DNA of 64,000 bases from Paraphysomonas bandaiensis (lineage: Eukaryota; Protista; Chrysophyceae), in contig CBFFRP010000016.1 of assembly GCA_965644295.1 (NCBI GenBank), forward strand, positions 1 through 64,000, given 5' to 3'. Position numbers and translations under genes: made by a program. The notes under the pieces are model-generated. The model did not search any database. It worked only from the letters and a program-made list of their open reading frames with translations, and was not told the DNA's origin. Shown one piece after another: positions 50,107-62,693 of this stretch (the stretch's first letter is position 1; each line of letters begins with the position of its first letter).

Positions 50107-53100
50107 CTACACACATAATTTTGCATACTCTGCACGCATCAATTCGATAATATGACCTAATAGCACATCACCATTGGCATTTGTTTTGCATCCCTTAACA
50201 AGTTCCTCGATGCTCACACCAAGGATATCAGCCATCCAGACAAGAGTGGTTGACGTCAATGGAGGGCCTAATAACGAACTCTCATAGAAAGCGGCCTCAG
50301 CTTCTTCTCCAGAAAGTAGAGATTCTCGTGCACTGTCACTGATTGGTAAAACTAATTTTGAAATCATATGCGCTAGCTTTGTGAAGCCTTCATAAATAAA
50401 ATCAGGTGATGCCTCATTGCCTACACAGTTCATATCATTTGCAGGTTCAACAGCTGATTCCATAGGATCAAAAACAGCGCATAGAGAATTCTGAAAAGTC
50501 TGCATAACATCAGTTTTCAATGACGGAGAGTGTGACAATATGTGTAAAAATTTGTCAATACATATGTCTACAGACTTCAACGAGTGGTCTTTATTGAACA
50601 CTGCTGTGTTAGTAACAGCGCATGTGAGCGCAATTGCCTCGATAATGTATAGAACGGCGGTTAAATGATTGTCATAATCAATATCTGTTCTCCCTTTATA
50701 TGGCCACCAACCCATGCATAAATTCTTATCTTGTGAAATTGTTGACAGTATTTGCGACAGAGGAACAACAGTAGGACTATCTGGGGAAAGGTACCTTGCC
50801 TGTGATACTTCACCATGTTGCCCGAGGAGTTTCGAGCAAAGCTTAACAACATATACAGATGGCGGAGCCATGGGTAGACGAGCAAGGGCAAGGCGCATAA
50901 CCAACGCGCGACTAAATCGCTCAGAGTCATCTGTAGGAAATGTACTACTGGAGCAAACTGTATCTGCCAGTGAGTGCAACTTATTAATCTGTCGCCACAC
51001 GGACGGCATATTCTCTCCGTGATCAAATGTGTTTTTCACTGTCGCAGTCAAAAATTCTCGTGGAGAAAATGTATTCGAAGAAGATTCCTCCTCAACGCGT
51101 GATGCCAGCAGTTCCAACGACAAATACCGTAGCTTTCTTGTATTCACAGACATTTCTCCAACATTCACGAGTCCCCTATTAGCCAGTGACGACTTTGGAA
51201 TGCCATCTTGATCAGGGTCGTCTGATACTCCGAAGTAATACCCGGACATAAACTCAGCAGCAGCAATAAACCCTATACCCTCCGTGCTCCCATTAAATCT
51301 CTCCCGTAGCTCGCCCATCCACTTCTGAAGTATGTCATGCTCATACGAATTTCGCTTCAATATATAACCGTCAATTTGTTGCATAAAGGTCTGTTTAACG
51401 TCATCAAGCTTAAGAATACTGTCGTGAAGCGCTTTCAACACAGAGACTGCCAATGACAGACATTCATTGCGAATCTCATGCAGGACAGAGGCTCTAAGGC
51501 TAAATACCTCTGGGGTATCTGGTATTTCCAATTCATCTGAAAGCTTGTCAATATTTGCCAACATTTCGCTACAGTCAAGCTCTTGCTGACTAGAAATTCC
51601 AAGTTCCACTTCGTCGTCATTGTACAGACATAGTGCAGTTTTCAAAAGGGTAATACGGTGTCGAACCTCATCTCGCAAGCGTTGATACTCTACTCTTGAT
51701 GTACCTCCTTTAGATAAATCAGTTTTTAGTGGCCACGGAAACCTCTCATATCCACAGGAGCTAAACGTATCAGCGATACGATACGCAGCAGTGGCGTTTG
51801 TCTTGACAATTGTTACCAAAGAACTGTTGATAACCGATACGATATCCGTAGACACCGCGCACACCTTGCCAATAATTCTCGTCAGAATAACATTCAGATC
51901 AGCTGCCTGATGTATCCAATTCTTATGTCGTATATCAATGACATCACCTAGTTCACATTCCAATACTCTAGATAGCGTTCGGAACTCGGCCTTAACTTTT
52001 TCCATTGGGACAGATGTCAACTCTTTACCTTTGCGCACAAACTCATCTCTAAACTGCATACAAAGCTTCTGCCATTGATTGTCCGCTATCTTCATAGCAT
52101 TGACCTGAATAGTGTGTTTGTATCTCATATCTGCCTGAGCTTTACGCAATTGAAGGACAGAAACGAAAATTAGTGAAGCAAGAATATCCAGCTCTTTCAT
52201 CCCGCTGGTGCGTAAAGTGCATAACAATGAAGGTGCCAAAGAGAAATCGATTGTGTGTAACTTTGTCACATGATTTAACCAAATCATTTGTGCAGGGTCC
52301 AATAACTCCCGTCTCTCCATCACCAATTTGTGAACTCTGGCTTGACTCTCTTCGATAGCGCTGACATCATACTCTGGTTCAGTAGCGTCAATTTGGTCTG
52401 CATCCATCGTTGGGTCGTCAGTAGCTGCAGTTGACTCTAACGTCATCCCATCCAGCACAGCTGCAACAATGTACTCCACCGCATTAAAATCACAATATAT
52501 GTCAGTAGCCGGTAACATCTCTGGTTCCAGCTGAGAGGTCTTCGTATGCCCCGGTTGATATATATGAAATCTACACTTGTTAGCAACAGAGAATACTTGA
52601 ACTTCCCTTTCGAAAGACTTCGAAAGCTCCTTCAATTCAGTGGACCACTGTCGTCGTTGCATCTGTTTGTAAGCAAGTATTACTTTGACGTCATCCCTTT
52701 CTGTGGGCCGAATAGGCCTTATATTCATATCAGTTTCGTCATCAATGGGTGATACACACCCAGATCTGATCCAGATAACCGTGGCAATGCTTGATTTATC
52801 CGAAATCACTTCTGTGGCATCTTTATTTTTATCCTTTTTGCCTTTTGGAGCAGGTTTTCCCTTCTTGCCTTTTTCCGGTGGTAGAGACGCAATCTCCTCC
52901 GCAATAATCGTTCGAAGTTGCTCGTCTCCTTCAGGAATATTCATCCTGTTTCCTCCTCTAATAAACCAGTCTAAAATCTTCGCCGTGCATCCCTTGTCAG
53001 CATACCCCACAATTGTGCCGACTAATACTCGTGTTGGCATGAAATGCACCCCTTTATGGTTGTAGCACACACTACAGATATACTCCCTCAACCAGAGAAT

Positions 53101-55574
53101 CTGCCCAAGGAGAATGACAAGAGTTGTGTCATTGAACTTAAACGATGCTTGGTCCAGCTCGGCGGCTGATACAGTACCATCATCTCCAACAATCCCAACA
53201 CACGTGGTGATTCTAGTGACTACATCGACAACCTCAGAAACAGTTCGAGTTGCTTGCACCGACAACGTGTGATCATCAGGAAAACTCTGAGGGTCAATTC
53301 CAAAAGAAGAGCATAGTGTTGCGCCCGTGATAAGAGTACAATCAACTGCCCCACCTTCTGTTCCACCAGTGGCCGAATTGCATAGGGAAAGCGCCACTTC
53401 CGCCGCTCTCGGTACGTCCCATAAAGAAAACCGATGCTCTCCACCCAGCCACTGACCCGCCTCTTCCAATATACTGGGCGACAAATCGTGCTGTCCGCCT
53501 AAAAGCAGCACGACAGTTTGATAGGGAGAAGTCACACAACCCGCTGGGGTAGCGGTATGGTCTGTCTCCTCTCTAGCACTTTCCTTCACATGTGACAAGT
53601 GGTCAAGTATTCTCTTCTCCAGATTTTCTACATTTCCAGATGCGTCGATTCTGAAGGGACAGAGCTCTGTACAGCTATCGTACTCAGTCACTTGTCCAAA
53701 TACGGCGATAGCTTTCTCGCGGAAAGACAGGGTCCGTATTCTCGACACTCCTGCTTGCTCATCTAATTCGCAACTATTCCTCCATTTAGCAGTGTTATTT
53801 GCAAGGATAACTGCGGAGGGAAGTAAGTCTACGGCTGGAGACCGAGAAATGAAATCACACCCAGGGATTCGCTCCTCATTCCTCTCCCGTTCCTGCTTCT
53901 GGATCTCGATCACGTCCGCTGCTAATTGGGAAAAATACGCATCATCTTCACGACCCGAACTACCTTTCGTTATAGATTGCGAATGAGACATATGCTGTGA
54001 CCGTGATTGGGGAAGAGAAGCTGCCTGAGATGCTCCACTGCTAACATGGGCCCCTACACCAGTTAGAGAATCCGCAACCAACTCCAACACCAGTGAGCGA
54101 CAAGTTTCATAATTCCGCTTACTTTTCTCCTCGCGCCTCTTCCGCTGAGCCTCTAGAACAGCTGCTACAGTTTCTGCCGACGAGTTTGATTCATAGGACA
54201 TCATACGCACACGCTCCGCAAATATGCGCACTTGGTCTTCTCCCCGATCTGCAATAGCCTTACTATCAGCTGCTGCCTGAACTGTTAACCTCTCGTACTC
54301 CTGCTGCTTATGATCCGCCTTCAGTTTTCGATCATTTTCAGTCATTGTGCCCTCTAAAGTGTCCTCATTAATACTTCCGGTGGTAGAGACACCCATTTCA
54401 TTCAGGGCCGCATTTTGCTCCACTTGCATACGTCGTTTCCGTCGTGCCTTTTCTGCTCGAGCTAACCGAAGTTCACGAGTGCGTTTCTCTAAAGTTTGCA
54501 TAAAATCTCCAACCTCTCCATCAGTCGGCCAGGTCTCCGCCACACTTGCCTCCACTCGCTGCATGAACAAATTGCTGTCCTCCGTTGACGGAAGTAGAAC
54601 ACCATCCCCTTCGCCTTCCTCGCCACCAATTCCGTTCCGCTTGAGATTGTTTTCAAACTGTTCTATCCCAGTTTCTTGGTCAGTACGATTAAGTGTATTC
54701 TCCATAATACGTCGCTGTGTTGCTTTTGCCTCCAGGCATAACTCGAACTGAAGGTCGCGAATCTGTCGATCTCGTTTAGTGGTTTGGTTTGCCTTCCAAT
54801 TACGTGTTCCGGCCTGAAGTGTTTGCTCGTGTTGATCAATACGATGGTCTAGATTTTCCAGAATACGTTGTCTACGCTCGACAACAGCCTCTTTGTGACG
54901 CTTCTGCTGCTGAGCGAGACGTTCCTTGTACAGCTTTTCTTGTCTGGTGTCAAATCTGCGAAAGTATTTTAGTGTTGTCCAAGCAACTTACATCAACATA
55001 CTCAAAGTAATGCTCCTGCTGCGCAAATGCATCCACGTCTCGAAAGTTTGCGTTTTTCTTTCCTGCAAGAGTTGATACAAAAAATGCCTCCTCCTCTGTC
55101 CAATCTTGAGCCTTTTCTATAGTTCGCTTAAATGTCTTGGGCTTTAAGCTACGAGTGGCGTTCTTGTAGGAGTCGTTTCTCCATTTGGGAGACGTAGAAA
55201 CCCCTTCGAACTTTCGTTTCAAAGACATAATTAAATCAGCAGCACCACCAGGTTGCTCGGAGATTATCTGGACATAATTGGAGTGAGTCTGTTTAGTAAG
55301 ATAGGCAATAAAACACTCTTACATCAGCCGTCTGCTGTTTGGTTAAGTGAAGCTGAAGAGATTTCAAGCCACGGGCCAGGACATGCATGTTTTTCATCAC
55401 TACTGTCGGCGTATCTCCATCAACAACATCAGCCACTTCATCTTCATGAAGTACATTCCTCTCTTGGAGCATTTTAATAAGCAAATAACCATTCGAAAAG
55501 TCTTTTTCCAGATTCACTATCGGTCTCGGTAAATTAAACGATTTCTCAGCCCAATTCTGAGCCAATCGCGACAT
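50107..55574 (-). CDS. SPEF2: SPEF2/CPC1-like central-pair protein (N-terminal CH domain, coiled coil, long divergent remainder); 3 exons
   Basis: NLEKDFSNGYLL..IISEQPGGAADL (SPEF1/2 CH type), GIEQFENNL, ARAEKARRKRRM, KGKKGKPAPKGKKDK; two short GT-AG introns. Confidence 0.75.
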
Positions 55575-56196
55575 GATATTAATCCAAACGAAGAGTTAGA
55601 GATGTACAGAGTGATGGGTACTGAATATCTGTAGAGATATGATTATGAATCTATCTATCTGCAGGTAATAATATGATGAAATATACGCAGAGTTGTGTAT
55701 AGTTCTCCCTGTATACACTAGAGCAACTACAGAACAATTCAACCTCACCACTGAAGTGTGAAGGAGCTTAATTCACTTACTTCCACTTCACTACAGTAAA
55801 GAGTGCTGTTGTCTGCATGGACGGGCATGCGTGTTAACAGATACTTTAGTGTATGCACTCTATGCAGTATACTTGTACGTACAGTGCAGCAATACATACA
55901 AAAAATGAAACTGCTTCCAAGTACCACAGCAGTATTCCCAGTATACGGTGTAAATACTGGACGGTGATTGTACGATCGCACTTCACATTCTCTTAATTTC
56001 TAGACTTCCTAAATTCGATTTTCATCCTATAAATTAGACTTATCTAGAAAAATCAACGGTTTCTTGGATGATTGGTATGGAAAATTTCAGTGAAGGTTCG
56101 CAATATATTTGCACAGGTGTGTGAAAGTATTTAAATAATTAGCTTGATCGATCAGCCGCTAGGGGGCCACCAAACGAATCGGAATCGATTGTAGGC

Positions 56197-58211
56197 ATGC
56201 TAGCACGAATCCTTAACGAGCAATCAGAGGCCGCCCATGAGTTTGGTGCCCTCAATACTCTTCTTCTAGTGGTGGTGCTGGGTCTCTGTATCCTCAGTGC
56301 ATATCTCATTAAACAAAATAACTTCTACTATCTCCCTGAATCAGCTGCAGCTATTCTTGTTGGACTAGTTGTTGGAGGTAGATTTAGACTGTCATTACAA
56401 TGAATGAACTTTAACCGAGATGTCGTGTAGGATTAGCGCGATTAGTGTATCCCAGTGAAGAGGAATTGGAGTTTCTTACTTTTGAGCCAGAGTTGTTTTT
56501 CTTCTTGCTTCTTCCTCCCATTATATTTGAGGCCGGGTACACGCTGAAGAAAAAGGAGTTTTTTGCTAACTTTTGGACCATTGCTTTGTTTGCTGTTGCA
56601 GGAACGATAGTGTCGACTGTTGTTATTGGATTCCTTGTGTACCTAATGGGTCTGATGGGTGTGGCATCTATAGATACTTCCAGTCCAATGGAAGCGATGC
56701 TGTTTGGTGCCCTGATATCAGCTGTTGATCCTGTGGCAACATTATCAATCATGGGAAACCCGAAACTAAACTGCGATCCCCTGCTATATAATTTAGTGTT
56801 TGGCGAAAGTGTTTTGAATGACGCAGTCGCTATTGTACTTTTTAATACCTTTATGGACTTCTATCAGTCCGGTGAGGAATTTGCCGGCTCCACAATTCCG
56901 TCTGTTTTACTTAGGTTTACTGCAATTTCTCTTGGATCTGTTCTGGTTGGGATTGTCATCGGTTTAATATGCTCGTATCTATGTAAGCACACACAAATGC
57001 GCCGCTATCCTGAATATGAGATATCCATGATCTTTCTCTTTGCATATGGTAGCTATGCCTTTTCCGAAGCCTTAAAACTTTCCGGAATTATGAGTCTGTT
57101 TTTCTGTGGTGTGGTTCTTTCCCATTACAATAACCACAACCTCTCCCCGACGTCCCAGGTGACTGCGCACAATATCTTCAAATGTATGGCTGGGCTCTCT
57201 GAATTTTTTGTGTATTTATACATGGGGATGGGGTTCTTTACTGGGCGCTTCAGAAACTGGAACTTTATATTTATCGTTTTATGTATTGGATTTTGTCTAT
57301 TCTCACGCCTCTGTAATAGCTTTCCTTTTTCATACGTGGCAAACTTCTGGCGTATTCAGAAAATTCCTTTCGAGATGAAATGCGCGATATGGTTCGCTGG
57401 TCTCCGGGGCGCTATTGCTTTTGCACTGTCGCAAAACATGCCAGGCGAGAACACTGACCTATACGTCTCTACAACGTTGTCTATTGTCATCTTTACTACT
57501 GTGGTGTGCGGTGGACTCACGGAGCCAATGTTGTCGAAGTTCGGAATGCGTGGCCAACCTCTTCCCGGTGCAGATGGTACTAGATACGAGGTAAGCTTTT
57601 TGCAAAGTAAACCAAGTGGTTACTATCCACATATACACTTTGGTGACGGGATATTTTTTCGTAATACAGCAGCTGAATGCACCACTGGATTCGGCGTTAA
57701 CGGACAGAGAGGAGGACGGTAGGGGACTCTCAACAAGTGATGCGCCGAATCAGGCAGCTAGAACCCTCTCTGCACGAGCCTTCTGGTCGAAGTTCGACGC
57801 CATGTATATGCAACCTTTCTTCGGCGGAGATGGGGTAAGGCACATGTGCAAGAATGTTGCTCTCCTATGTCCACCTAGGTACAATCACACCCTCATTTCT
57901 TCTTACAATAGGAGATAGACGACGAATTGGACATTAATGTAGACTCACAGCAAAAGCGGCGATCTGCAGCTGGGGGCTGGTCACCACAGCAGCAGAAACC
58001 TACTGGTACGGTGCCTGGTGTACCGATGTCATCAGCTCTGAATAGTAGCTCTAGGGACACCACAGCGAAGCCGTCCGCGCCTTCGCACCTCCCCCGCACA
58101 CAGCAAGGACGTGGAGGAGGACGGGGAGCAGACGTAGCTGGTAGAGGCCCGGTTTCTAGGACACCATCACGATATATCCCACCGGGCAGTGCAGCCGATG
58201 CACATCTTTAG
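56197..58211 (+). CDS. NHE8: Endomembrane Na+/H+ exchanger (CPA1, NHE8/SLC9A8-like); 4 exons
   Basis: YLPES, FFFLLLPPIIFEAGY, ISAVDPVATL, VFGESVLNDAVAIVL, LSGIMSLFFCG, WFAGLRGAIAFAL. Confidence 0.93.
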
Positions 58212-58759
58212 CGCTTGTGTAATAGTACGTATTAGATGACCATAGTCTTCTGGTGTTTTATGGTGAGTGTGTGCTAGTTAGAATTAATTTCAGTACATAT
58301 TACTTCCATTGATTAATGTAGTAAAACACTTTAAACATTAAACATGTTAGATGTGGTTTTTGGGTGGAAAGGCTAATGCGCCTAATGTACCACTTCTATA
58401 ATCGTTAATGCACCAAACTCTTAGTGAAAATAACTTCTGCGCTTGCAAAGCAATTGATACGTAATTCAATCATTTGCGCATTATCTATACACTACGCACA
58501 TACACTTTTGCTATGAACAGTGTTGTGTTCTTATATGGAAGCATTAAGAATTATAATGAAGTAAGTTGCCGGTGATATAATAGTCGACGACTGGCTGTGT
58601 TTATCTAGTGTAGCCGTAGTCATTGTTATGGAAGTGTTTCCATTATTGAAGGAACCCATTTTATCAGTATGTTACGTAACACCTCGTTTCATATAGTAGT
58701 ATATTATTAAAACTATAGAAGTACCACTTATATTCATTATGCGCAACATCAATCCGCAA

Positions 58760-59521
58760 TTAATTATCTCTTATTCGACTAACAAACCTGTCACCACAGT
58801 CAACGTATATCGTTTGGCCAGTTATAGAGCGCGCTTCTGCTAAAAACGCAACTGCGTCTGCAATTTCATCTGGAGAGGGTCCATATCCAAGTGGACAAGC
58901 CCGTTGAGCGGATTCAAACGACATATCATCCATTGCAGCGTGCTTCAAAGTTGGACCCGGTGCAACAGCATTGACTCTTATTGTCGGTGCTAATCCACGG
59001 GATAGCATAGCAGTGAGGTCATGCAGACCATGTTTGGATATGGTATAGGATAAATTGTCAGCATTCGTGTTTGCAACTTTCTGGTCTAAAATATTCACAA
59101 TACATGGACTAGCCCTTCCCCCATACCCTCGGTTGTGTAAACAGTGTCTAGACATCTGTTTAGACAGTAAAAGTGGAGCTTTTAAGTTGACTGTCATGTT
59201 TCGATCAAACTGATCGTAGTTAAAACTCTCTATTGTGTCATGTTCAAATAGGGAGGCATTGTTCACCAAGCACCCAATAGAGCTATACTGACTTACAGAG
59301 CGATCAAAGAGTTCAGCGGTAGACACCGGATCCATTAAATCTGCACACAAAGCTGTAGCGCTTCCATTGGCAGACATAATGGCATCCACTACTTCCAATG
59401 CCTCTTCCTGTTTGGATTGGTAGTGGACAACCACAGGCCATCCAAGTCCTGCAAACTTAAGGCATATATGACGACCAATGCGAACCGCTCCTCCTGTTAC
59501 TATGACAGCAGGCATCCGCAT
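58760..59521 (-). CDS. Short-chain dehydrogenase, pteridine reductase/FolM-like; intronless
   Basis: TGGAVRIG, VVVHY, LVNNASLF, IVNILDQ, YTISK, RVNAVAPG, ITGQTIYVDCG. Confidence 0.9.
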   Translation of the reverse strand: MRMPAVIVTGGAVRIGRHICLKFAGLGWPVVVHYQSKQEEALEVVDAIMSANGSATALCADLMDPVSTAELFDRSVSQYSSIGCLVNNASLFEHDTIESFNYDQFDRNMTVNLKAPLLLSKQMSRHCLHNRGYGGRASPCIVNILDQKVANTNADNLSYTISKHGLHDLTAMLSRGLAPTIRVNAVAPGPTLKHAAMDDMSFESAQRACPLGYGPSPDEIADAVAFLAEARSITGQTIYVDCGDRFVSRIRDN

Positions 59522-61427
59522 TTAGGTTTTTAATGCGACTAATGGCGGGGTACGATAGGCTAGAGATGATGCATTAAATATAATGTGTAACGTACAGTAC
59601 AGTTGACTGCATCTGATTGTCAAGTCGTGCAGTTTGGTTAAAGTAGTATGTAGATGTAAACCAATCAAATATAAATAAAGTAATATCATTGGCTACATGC
59701 AACCAGGGTGATTGTGTGATAAACTGCACTCACGAAATGGAAATAGTTGATATTTACATCCATGGTCCATAAAGCCTTATTTTTATTACAAAACCCTTGG
59801 TTTTACAACGCAAATCCCTTATTTTCAACACTAGATCTACAGGAGATGAGATGGCTGTCTCACACCAGATCCACCTCGCTCCACTCCCAATAGGTATATA
59901 TGTACTGCGTTGTGTGTCCACTGCAGCCCATCCGTGACGCTGAACTTACTTCTAGTTGTGTCAGTCCTCGAGAAGGCCCAGTGACCGACCTCTCTGTCCG
60001 ATGACTCATCCGTTTCTCCTTATTGATATACGCCGTAGACACACGCGTATCACACACGCGTGTCATGCAGCAGTATGCCAGTATACATGGATGCGTACAG
60101 TATCTCCAGTAGAGTAGATATCATCTCTGTGTACTGCTGTACATGTCTAGGCGTGTGTGTATGCATAGGGTTTGTACAGTGTACGTGTATGACATATACG
60201 CACATGTACATATGTATGTAGCTACATATGCGTGCATATCTTACAGTTGTGTCTAGTATACAGTGGTATGGTGTAGTCGTGTGCTAAGGGGGTCTGTTAA
60301 GTAGTAGGGAGGCACTATACTCCAGCACCCCTCCACTATGCTGTGCTCTCACTGTATGATATCAGTGTACGTATGAGAGGTGAGGTAAAGCGGTGATGGG
60401 CAATGGGTATATTTATTGTAAGCTCCTCTATATGGGAACACGGCACCAGTCCCCGCTAATATATACATACATTGCGACACCTTGACCTCATGTGTCTATG
60501 ACAAGTGCGGCTGAGTTCATGACATACCAGTGTCAGTATATTACTGGACTCCTTTAACAGATGCAGCCTCATGATGGAAGAGCACGCATCTGCATAGACA
60601 GGCAACAGGATGAACCTATCTTAAGGTTTGATGAGGTTACACTACTTCTCTGTAAATCATCTCCTTGAGAGAAAAATAAGTGAACATCCTGAGCACGAGC
60701 AGTGTCAAGTGAACTGTACCGGCTATATTTATTTTATAACCTCGAATCAAAAATGAAAAAAACGTAACTGTGTATATTGTAAGAGATGTATGCCTTATTT
60801 GGTAAACTCGCTTGGGTCTGATAGTTGCGCTGAATAAAAAACTCGCCATAAGTTTCAACAAAGACTATGTTGACTAGGTGTTTATGATGTTCCCTCGTCA
60901 AAAATAAGTAACCTATTCTATTTGAACAGGAGAGCTGTACTCAACCCAACAAAGATTGCAGACAAACGTTATACATGGAGTACATAACTTCACACTTCAT
61001 TTTTGCAATCAAATGATATATGGGCAGTGTCTCGTGGGCGATGAACCTCACATTCTTTGGAAGGGTTGTGAGGCTATCAGGGGATTTTTTCAAAGTTCTT
61101 AGCACTTGACACTGAGCTGTGATTCAAGCACATACCTGGCTGATGCATGAAACGATTTCCCACGGGTATTGAGGTGCTTGTCTTATGCTTGATATCTCTG
61201 TCAACTGTGGACAAGAGTGTAGAATATATGTAAATCAAGACAATATATGTTTCACATATCCCTCGCAAATGATGTACGTCTTGTAAATGGGGCCAGTGGC
61301 AGCCATTGTACGGGCAGTTGTAGACATGAGAAACATAGGCCTTTCGCTTAATTTTATACAGAATTCATAGATACTGAGGTACATATGTAGTACTTTATTA
61401 ATATTTTGAGTATTGAACGCAAGCTAC

Positions 61428-61600
61428 AGTAATAGTAGTGAATGTCTGATTATTCGCAATAGGCGTGTAGAAGTCAGACCTAATGTAGCAAAACAAATTT
61501 ATCTTAACTAGTGCTTAACTCTGATATCTTACTATTTTGCGCTACGAAAGCTGCTTGTGCGTCACCGCAAAGCACCAACGTGCAACCACTTTCGCTCTCT
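61428..61600 (+). mobile_element. Dispersed repeat family B, best-preserved copy, adjoining family A
   Basis: Matches 14643-14795 and the reverse complement of 6837-6920; contains GAATGTCT..ATTATT.GCAATAGGCGT, also present in family C arms. Confidence 0.8.
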
Positions 61601-61602
61601 GT

Positions 61603-61895
61603 CCTTAAGGTGAACAGCCCGGATGCTTGACTTCAGTAGTAGGCAGCCCAATATTTCGGTTACCCTTGAGGTGGAACCATTCCCGGATGCCTGTTTATTC
61701 GTCAAGGCCCAAAGACGTCTACACAAGTGACACTAATTTGTGTCCCTTGTACCTTGTACCACCACACAAGCATTTGGCTATGAGTAGGCAGAATATATAT
61801 GCGGCTCACGTTAGTTTCCCGAAAAATATTTTCGGTACTTATTTTCGGTACTTTTCGGAACACGACGAAAAGGCGAGAGTCCAACTTTGTTGAGG
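61603..61895 (-). mobile_element. Family A element, full copy 3 (reverse orientation)
   Basis: CCTTAAGGTG...ACTTTGTTGAGG, with two small internal duplications (CCTTGTA x2, TTTTCGGTACT x2). Confidence 0.9.
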
Positions 61896-62693
61896 AAATT
61901 TGCAGTATTAATAAATAACAGGTAGCAACAAATGAGTCTCCTAACTAACGCTGGATAGATCCATATGCTTGTAGTTCTGATGTGACATGCACCAACAATA
62001 GCATATGTGCCAGGAGACAATCTGAATGCACTTGGTCATACCGATGTAAAGCAAGCCTCTGCCTGGCGGGAATTAAGAGTAAAGCACCACCTCTTCAGTC
62101 GGCCGTCAGTAACACTTCAGATAACCGGTCTATAAAGCCATCCACTCCTCCACCCCCTTTACATTACAAAATGTTATATATGTACTGCTTCATATATATA
62201 ATATACAATTACATTGGCACGACCTCGAACTGTCGCCCAATAAATTACATACAGTGAACAGAGAGGTTCCAGTTTCACAGCTTCTTCCTTCATTTCCTAA
62301 GAGCCATGACATCGAAAGGTCCTCGTTGCATTATGAGGCTGGCCGCGTTTCCTTGTTGGCTTGATGGAGCTCGACATGTGCTTCACATCAATGTCCCCTG
62401 AGGACATACTTCACCATCGATATTGGATATGCTCTTGATTTTCTAGGGACCTCCCTTATAGCATATATACACTATATGGTTTCTAAAATACAGTGATTAG
62501 CACTCACAAGATTGTAAGATATATATGCAGAGTATATAATATAGCTTTCACATACCTCACAAGTGATGTACGACAGGAGAGAGTGTGGCCATCACGAAAC
62601 AAATAATTCTTCTAATCGAATATTGCACGTATCATCTTAACATTGCGTATTAATATACAGTAATACATTTACATAATATACATACACAATTAC

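Noticed and set aside
1589-58211. Non-canonical splice sites or an alternative genetic code
   Set aside because: All introns I traced are GT-AG, and TAA, TAG and TGA all act as stops; genes assemble under the standard code.
62250-62460. Coding-like fragment between repeat copies
   Set aside because: Too short and broken to assign to any family by eye.
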